Shown in pieces: positions 51,414 through 64,000 of a DNA stretch of 64,000 nt; the stretch's first letter is position 1; each line of letters starts with the position of its first letter. The position numbers and the translations under genes were made by a program. The notes under the pieces are model-generated. The model was given only the letters and a program-made list of their open reading frames with translations, had not been told where the DNA came from and did not search any database. This DNA is from Callorhinchus milii. Lineage: Eukaryota. The stretch spans positions 5,396,001-5,460,000 of the forward strand of contig NW_024704743.1 in assembly GCF_018977255.1 (NCBI RefSeq). Reading direction: 5' to 3'.

Positions 51414-53269
51414 CTAAGGGGAGAGAAGAAAAATGCATAAATAGTGCAGGACTTGATTAACAACAAACTACATTTGTTGCGCCTTTCACCTCAGGAGGAT
51501 GTCCAGAGGCAGTAGTTATACCCTGTACAAGGTGACAGGTAATTTGGCCTTAAATCATCAATCTTGCTGAGAACCTACATAATAATGGGTGTTGAAAATG
51601 AAAATATCATACTGCTTATCAGTCTTCATCCGGTAGTTTCTAATAGCACCATTTCTGTTATGCGAGACAAAAGGGAAGCAGCACTGAACTTAAACGCTGG
51701 CAAATATCAATCTCACCAGTCTAGGAGTAATGGAACACAGAGAACTGGAGTTTGAACAGACACATTGCGAAGGGATTTGGGGAAATCGATAGCCTGCCGA
51801 CGGGTGTGGGGTTTGGAAAAAATACACTGCAGCAGATTGGAGAAAGCATTCTGTATCCACATAGTCACTCAGCAGAACACTCATATATTTACATATACAC
51901 ACACACATATCTTAGTGTGAAATTCTACCTCAAGTATTAATTTTAAATAGGCATTAAATCCTATGCTTCCTTTTAATTAATGTATTTTACTTGCCTGAAT
52001 GACAACAATATAAAATTTCCTCTCTCTCAGTACCGCAGAGGGAATAAAAAAAATCTTATTATAATAATTCTTGTATTTGATACAGCGTCTTATCACGTCT
52101 TCCAGACATCTCAAAGTGCTTCACAGAATATACTGTTAAGTGAATTGACTGTATATTTTGTGAGTGAAACACGGCAAACAATTGTGCACAACAGTGTGAA
52201 ATTAATTACCATATTGTGAATTTCCATTCCATTCATGGAATACCTTCTATGGGTGTATAGTCTCCCTTCCCCCCACACACACAATTTGTTCAAATGTTTT
52301 TCCGCAAAGGGTCGCTGCCATCGAGCCAGTTGACAGTGCTTCTGATCCTGCCACCCTGCAGATCCCAGCCTTTCAGTGCTGGATTGGGGACTGAATACAG
52401 TTTTACCTCAACTAATTATCGCACCATACAATGCATTTTTCACCCCATGTGTTTTGAAAATCAAGGAATTCAGAATTCAAAGGGCTGGAAAAGCATTTAA
52501 GAGGTTCAGGGAGTCGCATCCATAGCCTTGTAACAATTACAGCTGTTGTTTACTCTTATTTTAAAAAAACAAAAAAAATAATATTGCAGCAGCTATATAT
52601 AGAGCACTTTTTATACAAGCTTTATGCTACCAATTAGAAAATTAAAAGGAAATGTGGATAGTTTGAAGTCCCGACAACCATTCAAATGTAGCACAAGCTT
52701 AGCTGGATTGGACTGGTCCATTACCTCACAAAGTAATAAATATTTATGTTGTATCAAGAGTGCGGAGGAGGTTCAATCCCCACATATTACTTAACAAGAT
52801 CGTGAGCTCTTCAGTAACAATTGTTGAGGCCTTGTTCTGTCGAGCATTAGGTGCAATTTCCTGATATACTTGAAAACTACTCAACCACTCAGTATAAAAC
52901 TTCATTTAAATAATTCCATGCAAAAGGCCAATTGGGTGCAATTTAAATCTCAAAAAGGCTGTTTGCTTATGAACAGCTCTGCCTCAAACCTGCACCAGGA
53001 AGCGGTTACACCAGAGCTTCTGTAACTCCAGGTTTAAATTCCATTATGCATGCATGTATGGATAGTACATGCTTATCTGAGCTCCCTGTGAGGGTGGGGG
53101 GGGGAGGACTCGCAAAAAGCACACAAGTGGGATAATCCGTTTGCACAGAATTACTATACTTAAAAATTCACTTTGCAAAAGCAAACTACTAGTATTGAAA
53201 AAAAGGCTTATTGGGAAAACACAGTGTAACTAGTACCTCGGAATATAAAGTGTGTCTCCTACAGGGAAC

Positions 53270-53552
53270 CCGGTGTACATTATACCAACTCATGAAAACC
53301 CGCTCTAAGGTGATGTCAGCTAGATTCTCATGGTCAGATGTGATATAAGTTTGGAATGCACTGCCTGAAAAGGTGGTCAAAACAGATTCAAATAACTTTC
53401 AAAATGAATGGGATGTATACTTGAAAAAAAATTGAAAGGCTATGGAGAAAGAGCGGAGCAGTGGGACTGTTTGCATTGATCTTTCAAAGAGTCCGCACAG
53501 GCCCGATGGGCCGAATGGCTTCCTTCTATGCTGTTGGATTCTATGATTCTAC
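53270..53552 (+). mobile_element. CR1-clade LINE 3' end
   Basis: gatgggccgaatggctccttct-type UTR and (ATTCTATG)n tail typical of CR1. Confidence 0.8.
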
Positions 53553-53904
53553 ATGCATGCGGATCCTTGGATGAGAAACACTTTATATCCTGTGGACGAT
53601 GTGTGGTGGAATTAAAAAATACACCATTCTGCTTTCTAATGTCTTCCTCTCCAAATATTTATTTCACTGATTAAATAAAATCCTCAAGTCTGCTGGTCAT
53701 CTTGTGCTGAGCAGTCTGTAAACAACCAAGCCGAGCACTTGTGTGTTTTTTCGAAACGGTTGTTAATATGATGTGGGGTGGGGAGGGGCATGGGGAAGTG
53801 ATCCCATTCCTTGCTAACCACTAACATCCCTTCACCTTGCTGAAAAGTGTGCATGGAGATGTCAGGTGTGGGTAGGATTAATGGAAAAGTTAGTCATGAG
53901 TTAC

Positions 53905-53981
53905 CTGATTTGAAGATCTAAGATAATCTGTCGATTGTCCACATTTTCGGTATATGTTTTTACCCCATTGATCCGCAAAGG
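53905..53981 (-). CDS. ESYT2: ESYT2 coding exon, 77 nt (PLRINGVKTYTENVDNRQIILDLQI+S), SMP domain
   Basis: cag|CCT...AG|gtaac, phase 0-2; read manually, matches PLRINGVKVYTENVDKRQIILDLQIS. Confidence 0.96.
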
Positions 53982-54349
53982 CTGAAAAGAGACAAAACAG
54001 AAGCAATGAGCAACATTCATGCATTTCGAAATACCTCCCGAAAATATTACAATTTATGTAAAACCCACAAAAAAAAGCACACAAATTAGGGCTAACTGAA
54101 ACACATAATTGAAGGCGAACTCCCTTAAAGATCAGGGATGATTGGTTGTCTTAGAACTCTTCCTAATTTCTAAGGAATGACCCCAGTGCTCTATCCTTGG
54201 CCCCTTACTCTTCCTCATCCACGTGCTCCCTCTTGGTGATGTCATCCGCAGATACGGGGTAAATTCCACAAGTATGTGGATGACTACTTCTCCTCCATCT
54301 GCGATTCCAGGCCTTCCAATGTTCTGTCGGCTTGCCTGGCAGACATCAT

Positions 54350-54605
54350 AGAATAGAATCATAGAATAGTAGTATTATATGGCAGAGAAGGAGGCCATTC
54401 ATCCCACTGTGCTCGTGCCAGCTTTTTCAAAGAGCTATCCAAATTAATCCCACTCCCCTGATCTCTCCCCATAACCTTACAAATTTGTCCTCCCCAAATA
54501 GTTCTCCACTTCTCTCTTGAAAGTTGTTATCGAATTTGCTTCCACCACTCTATCAGGCAATGCATTCCATATCTGAACAACTCGCTGTGTGAAAACATTT
54601 CTCCA
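54350..54605 (-). mobile_element. CR1-clade LINE 3' end
   Basis: Reverse-complement CR1 tail (catagaat repeats) and UTR. Confidence 0.75.
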
Positions 54606-54910
54606 AGACCAAAACACTGGGAAAAAGGCAATTCTCTTTTTAATGTCCACCTCATATTATGCAGAAGGAACATCTCATCTGAAGTATTGCAGATCCAGCA
54701 ATGCAGACTCACTCTGCACCTTACTGGAGTATCAACCAGGTCTATGATCTCAAAGACTTAATGAGAAAGTTACAACCTTCTGACCAAGAGGTGAGAAATC
54801 TACCAGCTGAATGAGGCTGACTAAATTATTAACTTAGAATGCAAGAAAATGCTCGGACTTTGCAGATAACGCAATAGGAGGTATAACAAATGTAGCAAAC
54901 CAACTATATA

Positions 54911-55260
54911 GTGGAGTCCTGTGGCTCAGTGGTTAGTGGAGTCCTGTAGCTCAGTGGTTAGAGCACTCGCTTTGCAAGCAAGAGACCTGAGTTCAATTCC
55001 AGGCAGAGGGCGAAACCTTGGGCAAGTTTCCTTACTCCACACAGAGCCTAACAATAATCCCTACAAAACCAAAAACAATAATAAATTGGTCTTTTTCAAT
55101 CTATGACTGTTTGTGGACATTGCTGTGCGCAATTGGCTGCCGCGTTCGCCCACAAATATACAGTCAATTCACTTTACAGTGTGTTCTGCAAAGCGCTTTG
55201 GGACGTCCTCCCGACGTGAAAAGCGCTATATCAAATGCAAGGATTATTATTATTATTATT
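54911..55260 (+). mobile_element. Full-length young tRNA-derived SINE with duplicated 5' 25 bp
   Basis: Same family as 46305-46623; head start repeated at 54911-54935 and 54936-54960. Confidence 0.92.
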
Positions 55261-55519
55261 ACTTTAATAATATTCTGGAGTATTTGGATCTTTTAGATAA
55301 CTGGGATACTTGGTGAGAAATACAGTTTCTATAAAGATAAGCATACAATAATTATTATTCGAGCAAATAACCAAAAGAGAGAGATGGAAAATAATGAAGT
55401 GTGAAGGAACATTCTTTTCTATTATCTTTGGGACCCAAGTTGGAATCCAAGTCAAAATGCCTTTTTCCACTCTATGGCTGAAAGTGTTACTGCAAACAGT
55501 TTTGGTGATCACAATATGA

Positions 55520-56312
55520 GGGCCTGGGCCCTAAATGCAGTATAGAGGAAAGCAACGAGGATGATCCTCAGTGTTAAGAGGAATGAGCGACGAGCAATGA
55601 TTAGACAAACTACGGCTCTTCAGTCTTGAGAGAAGATGATGCAGAGGGAACCTCACTTAGGTGTATAGAGCACGTGTCTCGCAAGCGGAAGGACCCAGGT
55701 TCGATTCCTGGGCAAGACAAAATCTTAGCCACATGCCTCTGTTTACCTAGCAGTGAGTAGGAACTTGGTTGTCAGTCGATTGACAGATCGCTTTCCGGGA
55801 GTAATAATCCCTCCAAAAAAAATCATAATAATTTGATCACTCAATCTACGACTTTGTGGGACACTGCTGTGCGCAATTGTCTGCCGTGTTTTGCCCATAA
55901 AACATAGTCAATTCAATTTATAATATTTTCTGTGAAGCGCTTTGAGATGTATTAATCGACATGAATTAAAGCACTATATCAAATGCAAGGATTAGTATTA
56001 TATAATATTTATAACATTTTAAATGAGATTGGAAAAGTAAACTAAATCAATACTTTGAAGATGCAGCAAGACAGTAGAAAAAGAGGACATAGGTTTAGAG
56101 CTACAAAAGGCAATTTCAGGAAAAATACCAGGACGTTTTTTCTTTACTCAGAGAGTATTCAACGATTCAACAGATTTCCAGAAAAGGTGGTTGAGGAAAG
56201 GACTTGACTTATTTAAAAAATCAGCTTGATGCTGCGATGGAAAGGGGGAGGGGGGAGATGTAGGTGTGTGTTCTGGAGAGATGAGATCCGATGGGCCAAA
56301 GGGCCTTCTTCA
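55520..56312 (+). mobile_element. CR1 3' fragment interrupted by a tRNA-SINE (about 55668-56000)
   Basis: CR1 RT remnant resumes after the SINE tail; a similar uninterrupted copy lies at about 26165-26440. Confidence 0.7.
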
Positions 56313-58228
56313 TCCACACTAATTTGTGACCTTGTGTCATGTAAAACGACATTGGAAGGAATCTCAAGCCAGTTCCCGGTGGGTGTACTGTGCACAAAGT
56401 GGCTTTGTCATAAAATTGTCAATTTTGCTGAGAACCATCGTAATAGCTGGCATCACTGAGAGGTTACCAAGGCAACAAATGGCATTGATCAAAGCTTCTC
56501 CAGCTCAACACATAAACTTCTAAAATGTCAACTAGCAAGCTGTGCGAGGCCTAAGCAATACTGAGAATTACAAGTAGGTTTGACGGTCTCGCTGACATGC
56601 TACAAATCCCGACTTCATTTATTAGTCTTCATCTGTCTGATGTACATTCAACATACGTAAACAGTCAAAGCGAGGCCAAGGTGCGACATTAAATCATTTC
56701 ATTTGAGGCAATCAAAAGGCAAAACAACTGCATATAATCCTTTTGTATTCAAAGCAATCGTTGATTTCTTCTAAATGGGTGGTCTGCCATCCATTTAATC
56801 TTGCAATTTATAAGTGCTTTCATTTGAAACTCAGCATGCCAGATAAAAATAAAATAAAATGAAGATATTAAATCAAGACTTTATATAGTAACAATCTACC
56901 TCCAACTCTGTCCCTCTTCTAATGGAAATCAGCATCTTATTTCCTTTTATTGATAATAAAGTGCTGATCCACTTTAGGCTTTAGTATATTATGATAGTTT
57001 CATTTGATATAGTGTTTTACCACATCAGAATATCTTACTGCTTCAAGGCATTTGCTATGTAAGCAAGCATGGCAATAAATCTGTGCCAGCAAATATGCTC
57101 CAAACAGCAATAAAATGAAGGCTGGATTTGAATGTAAGTGGAATATTGGCCAGGAAACAGGGAAAATTCCCACTCAATCTTCACTTAATCTTCATAATAA
57201 TGATCTCTACCATCCAAAAAATGGAACACATTGGACTTCGGTTTAACATTTCATTTCGAAAGTCAGCACAAGCAATACATTTTCCCAGTGACTCAGGTGT
57301 GGGACGAGAATAAGAGCACACGTCCTGGTGTGGAGCCTGAATCACAAAATTCTGATTAAGGAACGACAGTGATACCAACTGAGCCAAAGCAGTAATAAAT
57401 TGGACAGGAGAATAACTCAATTGGATCTATATGGTTAGAACAGCCAACACAAAAAGGTATGATTTTCTCAGATTTTACATATAATTACATAGAATGTTAC
57501 AGCACAAAAATAGATAATTCAGCCCAATAGTCCTTGCCAGTGTTTATACTCCGTAGCTTCTACTGCTCCTAATCTCTTATCCCATATCCCTTTATTCCCT
57601 TCCCTCCCAAGTTTTTTCTTAAATATGTTGATCTTCTCTGCTTCAATCAGTTTCTGACAGAGAATCCCAATTTTCACCATCCTCTGTGTATGGATGTTCC
57701 TCTTAAACTCCTTAGATCTGCTACTGGCTATCATAAATTTATCACAGAAGAAATAGAAGAAATCATCCTTTCAATGGGGCAACAGGTTTCATTCCACAGG
57801 CTATGGGGGTCAAATAGTACCGCAGTGCATAAAGTAGACAAGCTGCGGGAAGCTTGCTAGCCAGTTCTCTCAATGGCAAGCTATGTGATTTTTAGCTGGT
57901 TGAGTGACATGCACACTCTGGTGTCCCCAAGACTTATTCTTTACCAACCTGCCCTAATACTCCCTGGAATAAGATAAGCAGTGTGTCCCTCCAATGTATA
58001 CATATATGGTACTTTGTCTGGGTTGGATATTCTTAAGCATGGTGATGGATTTCCACATGTATCAGACATCCAGCGGATAAAAAAAGATTCCATTTGCCCA
58101 CAAAATATACAGTCAATTCACTTTACAGGATATTCTGTGAGGCACATTGAAACGTCTCAATGTGATAAGGCGTTTTATCAAACGCAAGGGTTATTATTAC
58201 TATTACAAGATAAAATAGTAGCATTTAC

Positions 58229-58363
58229 CTTGTCTCCCAGGTTAATCTTTGTGAAGCTGAAGGTGCTGAGGTGACTGTTTGCTCCCCTGACAGCGGGCTC
58301 GATGGTCTCTTTCAGCAGCTTCTCCACAAACTGGCAGATGTAGGGCCACATGTGTTTCACCGT
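58229..58363 (-). CDS. ESYT2: ESYT2 coding exon, 135 nt (TVKHMWPYICQFVEKLLKETIEPAVRGANSHLSTFSFTKINLGDK), SMP domain
   Basis: tag|ACG...AAG|gtaaa; near-identical to ESYT2 TVKHMWPFICQFIEKLFRETIEPAVRGANTHLSTFSFTK. Confidence 0.97.
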
Positions 58364-60072
58364 CTAAAAGATAAAATAAAACAAATTTGTACCATAGAAT
58401 TGGGATACAGAGCAAGAAAGCCATTTATAATTTCACTGTCACTGCATTTTACGGAAAATCCTGAAATGTGCTTTGAGCTATTTTTTTGGCGTGATAAGGC
58501 ACCATATCAAATACAAGGATTATTATCGTATTGCAAGGTTGAAGAGAAAGCCATGTAGCCACCTTTCACAATTAGGCCAAAAAATTAATGCAACAGCTAA
58601 AATATAAATCTTAGGAAGCAAATCATAATATTTTAAAATTGAGTGAAGAGAAAAAAAAATCTGAGTAAAGTAATGAGCATAAACCAATCGACCTGATATT
58701 CACCTAAAGAAGTCATCCCTTGTTGGAACTGACCACCCAGCTAACATTACCATGTGGGATAGCTGAAAGGAACCACAAATAATATTTATTCTAGGATCTC
58801 TGAGAGCCTATCCAATGTTTACCTGAACCATACAGACTGGAAAGTGTGAAGTTTGATTCCAATTCTGTGCTTAGTTAGCTGATTTCAGTCAGGGCAACAT
58901 TTGATATAGTGCCTTATCATGTTGCTGAAACGTCTCAAAGTGCTTTACAGAATATACTATAAAGTAAATTGACTGTGTATTTTGTGGGCAAAACATTGAA
59001 TTATTGTTATTATTAAATTATGATGACAATATACATTGAATTTCGCTTATAACGTCGAGAAATCTCAAAATGCTACACTGCAAAATGTAATCATTGTATT
59101 TTGTAGGCAAATGCAGCAACCAATTTGTACACAGCGATGTCCCACAGAATGTTATAGACAGTTTTCCCCGAAAGATTGTTGGGCAAGACCCTGGGAGAGA
59201 CTTTAAAGGGGGCTTTATGCTTAGTTTAGACAATGGGTCAGATCGTTACAGCACTCCTGCCAACACTGGCCGATGCTGTGATGGCATCATTTATGTGAAG
59301 GGATGACAATTTACGTGTGCAAGGGCGGAAACTTTAGACACAGAATTTCCCTATTGGCCTCTAAATCAAAATAACAGAAATGGATGCAATACAATACAGA
59401 TTCATTTATATAGCACCTTTCACATCGGTAGGACGTCTCAAAGTGCATTCACAGTGCTAGATGGGTACTCAAGCTGTGGTGGAAACTGAGGGGGTGGAGA
59501 TGACCAAAAGAAGTACGTTTTGAGATGTGTCTTCAGAGAGGGAATAAAAGCGAGGGAGGGACACAGGGAAAAAATAGGCTGAGAAAATAGGCTTGTAATA
59601 TTCAACCACAGTTACTGGCCGTTCGTTTTCAGAACTGTGAACAACAGGCTTAAAAATGTAGACCAAAATAAAGAATTTTCCACAATTCTGCACCACCTTA
59701 AATTTTAAAACAATGATCTTATATGGCTAAGACCATGAGAAATTCTTGGCCTCTGATGGCATGACAAGATACTTTTGTCAGGTAATTGCAGCCAGCACAG
59801 GTATTTGTCGATGCTGAAAGTAATCATAATCAAAATAATTTATGTTTGATGCCAAAAGGATAAAGAAGTCAGGTTGTAGTACATTACATGATAATAATAA
59901 AATAATAAATAATATAACAACAATATAATAGCAATACATTATATAATAACAATATATTACATGATATTGATGATTGATGGATCACATCACTCTCTGTCTC
60001 TCCCTATTGACTTCATAGCCTATAGGGAAATAATTTTTCATATTAATCACAGTAAAGTAAGAAGCATATTAC

Positions 60073-60114
60073 CTTGTTTATCCATTCTACTCTCTCCACA
60101 TCCGGGAAGTGAAC
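60073..60114 (-). CDS. ESYT2: ESYT2 coding exon, 42 nt (VHFPDVERVEWINK), start of SMP region
   Basis: cag|GTT...AAG|gtaat boundaries, phase 0-0; matches human ESYT2 VHFPDTERAEWLNK (recalled sequence). Confidence 0.95.
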
Positions 60115-60555
60115 CTGCAATAACAAGAGATTATGTGTAAGTACAAAGTCCAAGAACCAGCCACAAGTGAGCTGAAACGGTAAAGTTTGTAGGGAACAAA
60201 CTAGGGCTATTACTGAAGTTATTATTTTGTCATCATTCAAAGAGGATTTTAGCTTAAACACAATCTGGGGAGGTTGATTTTTAGCTCTAGTGGCACGCTT
60301 GTCAAACATCTCTCTTTGAAACAGGAGGTAACATACAAATTGAAGTTTGCTATTTGACAGGTAGCACCTTATGTACAGCGCTGAAGTGATCCAGTGCAAA
60401 TTCACTCACTACTTTTATGCACATCAGCCATTCTCCCAATAATGAACTTTTTCTGTCTAAACATTGATAATCTCTTACATTTTAAACTTTACTTCACCTT
60501 GCACTACGCACAAAATCTCTGGCTAGAACGAGCTAAAACGGTGATTTTCTTTGAA

Positions 60556-61121
60556 CAACAACTTGGATTTATTTATGCAGCACCCTTCACCAGGGTAGCG
60601 TCCCAGAGCACTTCACAGTGGCGGAGTCTGACAACGAGCCAGGGAGAGGGGAAGGTGACCGTAAGCACGATCGAAATGCAAGGTCGTTAGGTGGGATTTG
60701 AAGGTGTGGAGGGAGGGGGCAAGGCGGAGGGATTGAGGGAGAAATTTCCGGAGTTTCGGGACACAGTGGCTGAAAGCATGGTCACCGATGGTGGAATGGA
60801 GGGCCCGAGGGACAAACAGGAAGCCGGAGCCAGCTGAGCAGAGGCAGCGGGTGGGGGAGTGGGGTGGTAAACAGGTTGCATAGGTAGGGAGGTGTGAGGG
60901 CATGAAGTGATTTGAAAATGAGTGAGAGGATCTTGAAATCGATCTGTTCAATCATTGGCAGCCAGTGGAGCCTGGCTAGCACTGGTGTGATGGGGTTACG
61001 GAGTTTCGTGCAGGTGGTGCATCTGGGCGGCCGAGTTTTGAATGAAATGGATTTTGTATATGGTGGAGCTGGGGAGTCCAGTGAGGAGGGCATTGGAATA
61101 GTCCAGGCTGGGAAGTGGGGG
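60556..61121 (-). mobile_element. L2-clade LINE 3' fragment
   Basis: ITPVLARLHWLP...IDFKILSLIFKSLH and L2 tail. Confidence 0.85.
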
Positions 61122-62067
61122 CAGTGAGTCATCCCATTCAGCTCCTGTTAACCCAGCAAGCCAAAGCCCTAACGGGTTGGGTAGTCCTAGCTGGACAAGC
61201 AGTGCCAGACAATAATATCAATGGAAAGCTATGTGTTTTTAGCTGGTTAGACTCCATCAGTACCCGAACGCACTCTGGGGTCCTCAAGCCTTGGCTCTCG
61301 CCAAATGCGCCTTATACTTTCCGAAATTAGGTAAGCAGGATGCGTCTCTCCAGGGAGAGTGTATGCATTCCACTCCAAAATCTATCTCCGGGATTTCCAT
61401 GTGTAGGTGGGATGCATGGAAATCTCAGCTTGGTTTGGATACTACTTAGAACAGTGATGGGTTTCTGAAGAAATGAAATATGTGTTTGTTTTAAAAAGTA
61501 CAACTTTTTTTTTAGAAAAGGCTGCCTATACTGGAGCAGAATTTTACTGAAAAGCGGCACTGTTTTGTGTGAGAGGTTGTGGGTAAAGATTTTTTACCAT
61601 CAACTACATTTAGGCTGATTACTCTTTGAAGCACAAAAGACCATTGGATTTCTCATGAATGTTGCCAGCTCCACTCCTGAAATTCTTGAGTAGAAGAGGA
61701 TAGTCTGCCTGATTCAGAGCCAAACCCTTGTTTTGAGGCAAGAAACAACATTTATTGATAATGAATTTAATGAGCTTGGGATTCATAGCAAGCACGAGCC
61801 CTAACTCACTTGACACAACTTTATCAAACATTCGCAGCACGAAGCACATCCTCGGCAACTCAGGGGGCTTAAACAGACAACTTGCCTAAAGTACTTTGGT
61901 TGCAGGAAAACAGCATGAAGCCATTGGGACAGGAGAAACCAAGAGAGAAACTGATGAATCAGAAAGATACCACTAGGGTTCAGCTGTCTAATAGCATATT
62001 GTAAATTCATGGCCTGCTCTCACAGAATGATTGAAAGCAGCTACAGGTGGCACTCTTGACTCATACT

Positions 62068-62625
62068 TGTGGAATCCTGGCTAGAGTGCTCGCCTCACAA
62101 GTGAGAGGTCTTAGATTCGATTCCTGGGCATTCCCGAAACCTTAGGCAAGTTTCACGACTCCACACGCCTCTGTTTACCGAGCAGTAAGTAGGAACCTAG
62201 TATTAGTCGATTGGGGAATTGCTTTTCCGGGGATAATAATCCCTTCTAGAAAAAAAATTATTTTGTCACCAATCCATGACTATGGGACACTGCTGTGCGC
62301 AATTTTCTGTCGTGTCTCGTTATAAAATATACAATCAATTAACTTTACTGTAGATTCTGTGAAGTGCTTTGAGACGTCTCGAAGATGTGATAAAACGTTA
62401 TATCAAATGCAAGGATTATTATAAGGATTAATATTATTATATGTAGTAGGGTATAATAATAATAAATTGATCACTTCAATCCACAGCTGTTTGTGGGACA
62501 CTGCTGTGTGCAATTGGCTGCCACAAAATATACAGTCAATTCACTTTGCAGTATATTTTGTGAAGTGCTTTGAGACGTCTCGAAGACGTGATAAGGTGCT
62601 ATATCAAATGCAAGGATTATTATTA
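62068..62625 (+). mobile_element. Two tandem SINE copies (full-length, then 5'-truncated)
   Basis: Two successive bodies and tails ending caaatgcaaggattattat. Confidence 0.85.
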
Positions 62626-64000
62626 CAGTAAAATTCCCTGTTCAACAGCTTCCATTCAAGTGCCTTTCATATAAAAGTAACAAAGATGTTATTAAAAATC
62701 AAGTGAATATTATGCACTCAAACGTTGCAGCTAATTTGGACCAGCAATATCTTACAATGAGGCTCAAAATTCTTCTAAATCTAACCTGTAAGGCAATTTT
62801 GCCATGTGAATTTATAATCATAGAGAATTGTGTAAACTTCTTAAATTCAGTTTTAACTTAAAGCCAGTACTTCTTATAAATTATGGAAAACCGACTTCCA
62901 AAGTAAGATTGAAGTAAGCAGTTTCCATGATCTTAAATCTGCTCTTCCAGCTTACACCACGTGGAATTTTAGGCCTAAGTTGGGTCCTAAAAGGCAGCAA
63001 GGGGAAAAACTGCCCACTTTTCCTTGAAGTACCAGCAGATCTTAACGTTCACCTGAATCACAAGGCAGATATGCTAAATGCTAAATATCTCACTTGAAGC
63101 AATGATGATTATTTGGGGAATAATAAATCTGAATTTAATATGCTTTAAGATTTAATTTAATATTCGTACCCCCACACCCCCTTGATTTGAATCTCCACCT
63201 CAAGTGCAGGCAATTCACTGTCCAGCAGCTTGGGACGTTCTCTCGACATGAAAGGTGCTCTATAAATGCAATTTGTTGTTGTTGCTGGTTTCAATGCCTG
63301 CTCCAGAATACTATTTGCACTACTGTAGACTTTAAAATCAGCTTTTGGGAATAATTATCCTTACATTTAATATAGCATCTTATCGTGTGGCTGAGGCACT
63401 TCACAGAATATATTGTAAAGTGGATTGCCTGTGTATGTTGTGGTCGAAACACGGAAGCCAACTGCGCACAGCATTTATTATTATTATGATGAATATATAG
63501 AGTACTCATATGGCATTATATTCTAACTAAAGAAATCTGTACCATCAAATGCTTTAATGGTACAATAAATGTGATGAATTCAGAATTAAAATATGCTGAA
63601 ATTATTTCCACTCAAATGAAAATAAAATAAAATGTGAGACATTTAGTAAAAAGGGAGCAATTTTTTTTGCATCCAAATATTTTGCATGGTTGGAATTTTT
63701 TTTTAAAAATGTTTTGGGCAGGGTCATAGTGCAACTTCTAGTATCATATTGTGTAATTGCAAGACATCCAAGTCTACATAGATGCTATTTAACTCTGTTT
63801 AATTGAGTTTGTTTGTAAACTTAAATAATTCATTCAGTGAAAGTAGAAGAATAGCTTTGTAATTTATTTATGAAGTGAGAAACACATCAAACAGATTGTT
63901 GTAAGAAAGCAAGCCCTGTTTATTCTGGCAGTTGGTGTAGCCTTTTATTATGCTGGATGTTAAAATGAATGCACTCAGTTGCATTTCCAGACGTGCGAGG

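Noticed and set aside
54936..55012. tRNA-like sequences in SINE heads
   Set aside because: Attached to SINE bodies and tails with imperfect acceptor stems; not tRNA genes
1..64000. CRISPR arrays, operons or other prokaryotic systems
   Set aside because: The sequence is an intron-rich vertebrate gene; recurring motifs are dispersed retroposon copies, not spacer arrays

Overview
Vertebrate genomic DNA, most likely from a cartilaginous fish (probably a chimaera, inferred only from the repeat content). The window lies inside an extended synaptotagmin-2 (ESYT2) gene on the minus strand. Twelve constitutive coding exons between 60114 and 8034 splice into one 363-codon open frame (SMP domain, C2A, start of C2B). 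A 60-nt exon at 2819-2878 sits where ESYT2 has its known cassette exon. The first (transmembrane) exon and the 3' exons fall outside the window. Introns are full of L2 and CR1 LINE fragments, two tRNA-derived SINE families with L2-like tails, and several non-autonomous DNA elements. Best leads: (1) an apparently extra in-frame cassette exon at 3926-4027 with RBFOX/QKI motifs and a hairpin-masked internal donor; (2) a Penelope-type foldback element with a hammerhead ribozyme core on the pre-mRNA strand; (3) a TGT..ACA element with a 4-bp TSD (Ginger-like); (4) an unclassified ~550-bp repeat with six copies; (5) a candidate alternative exon at 21260-21295; (6) an inverted young SINE pair flanking a 240-nt in-frame exon block. 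Exon coordinates were counted base by base; most repeat boundaries are approximate. No database searches were run.
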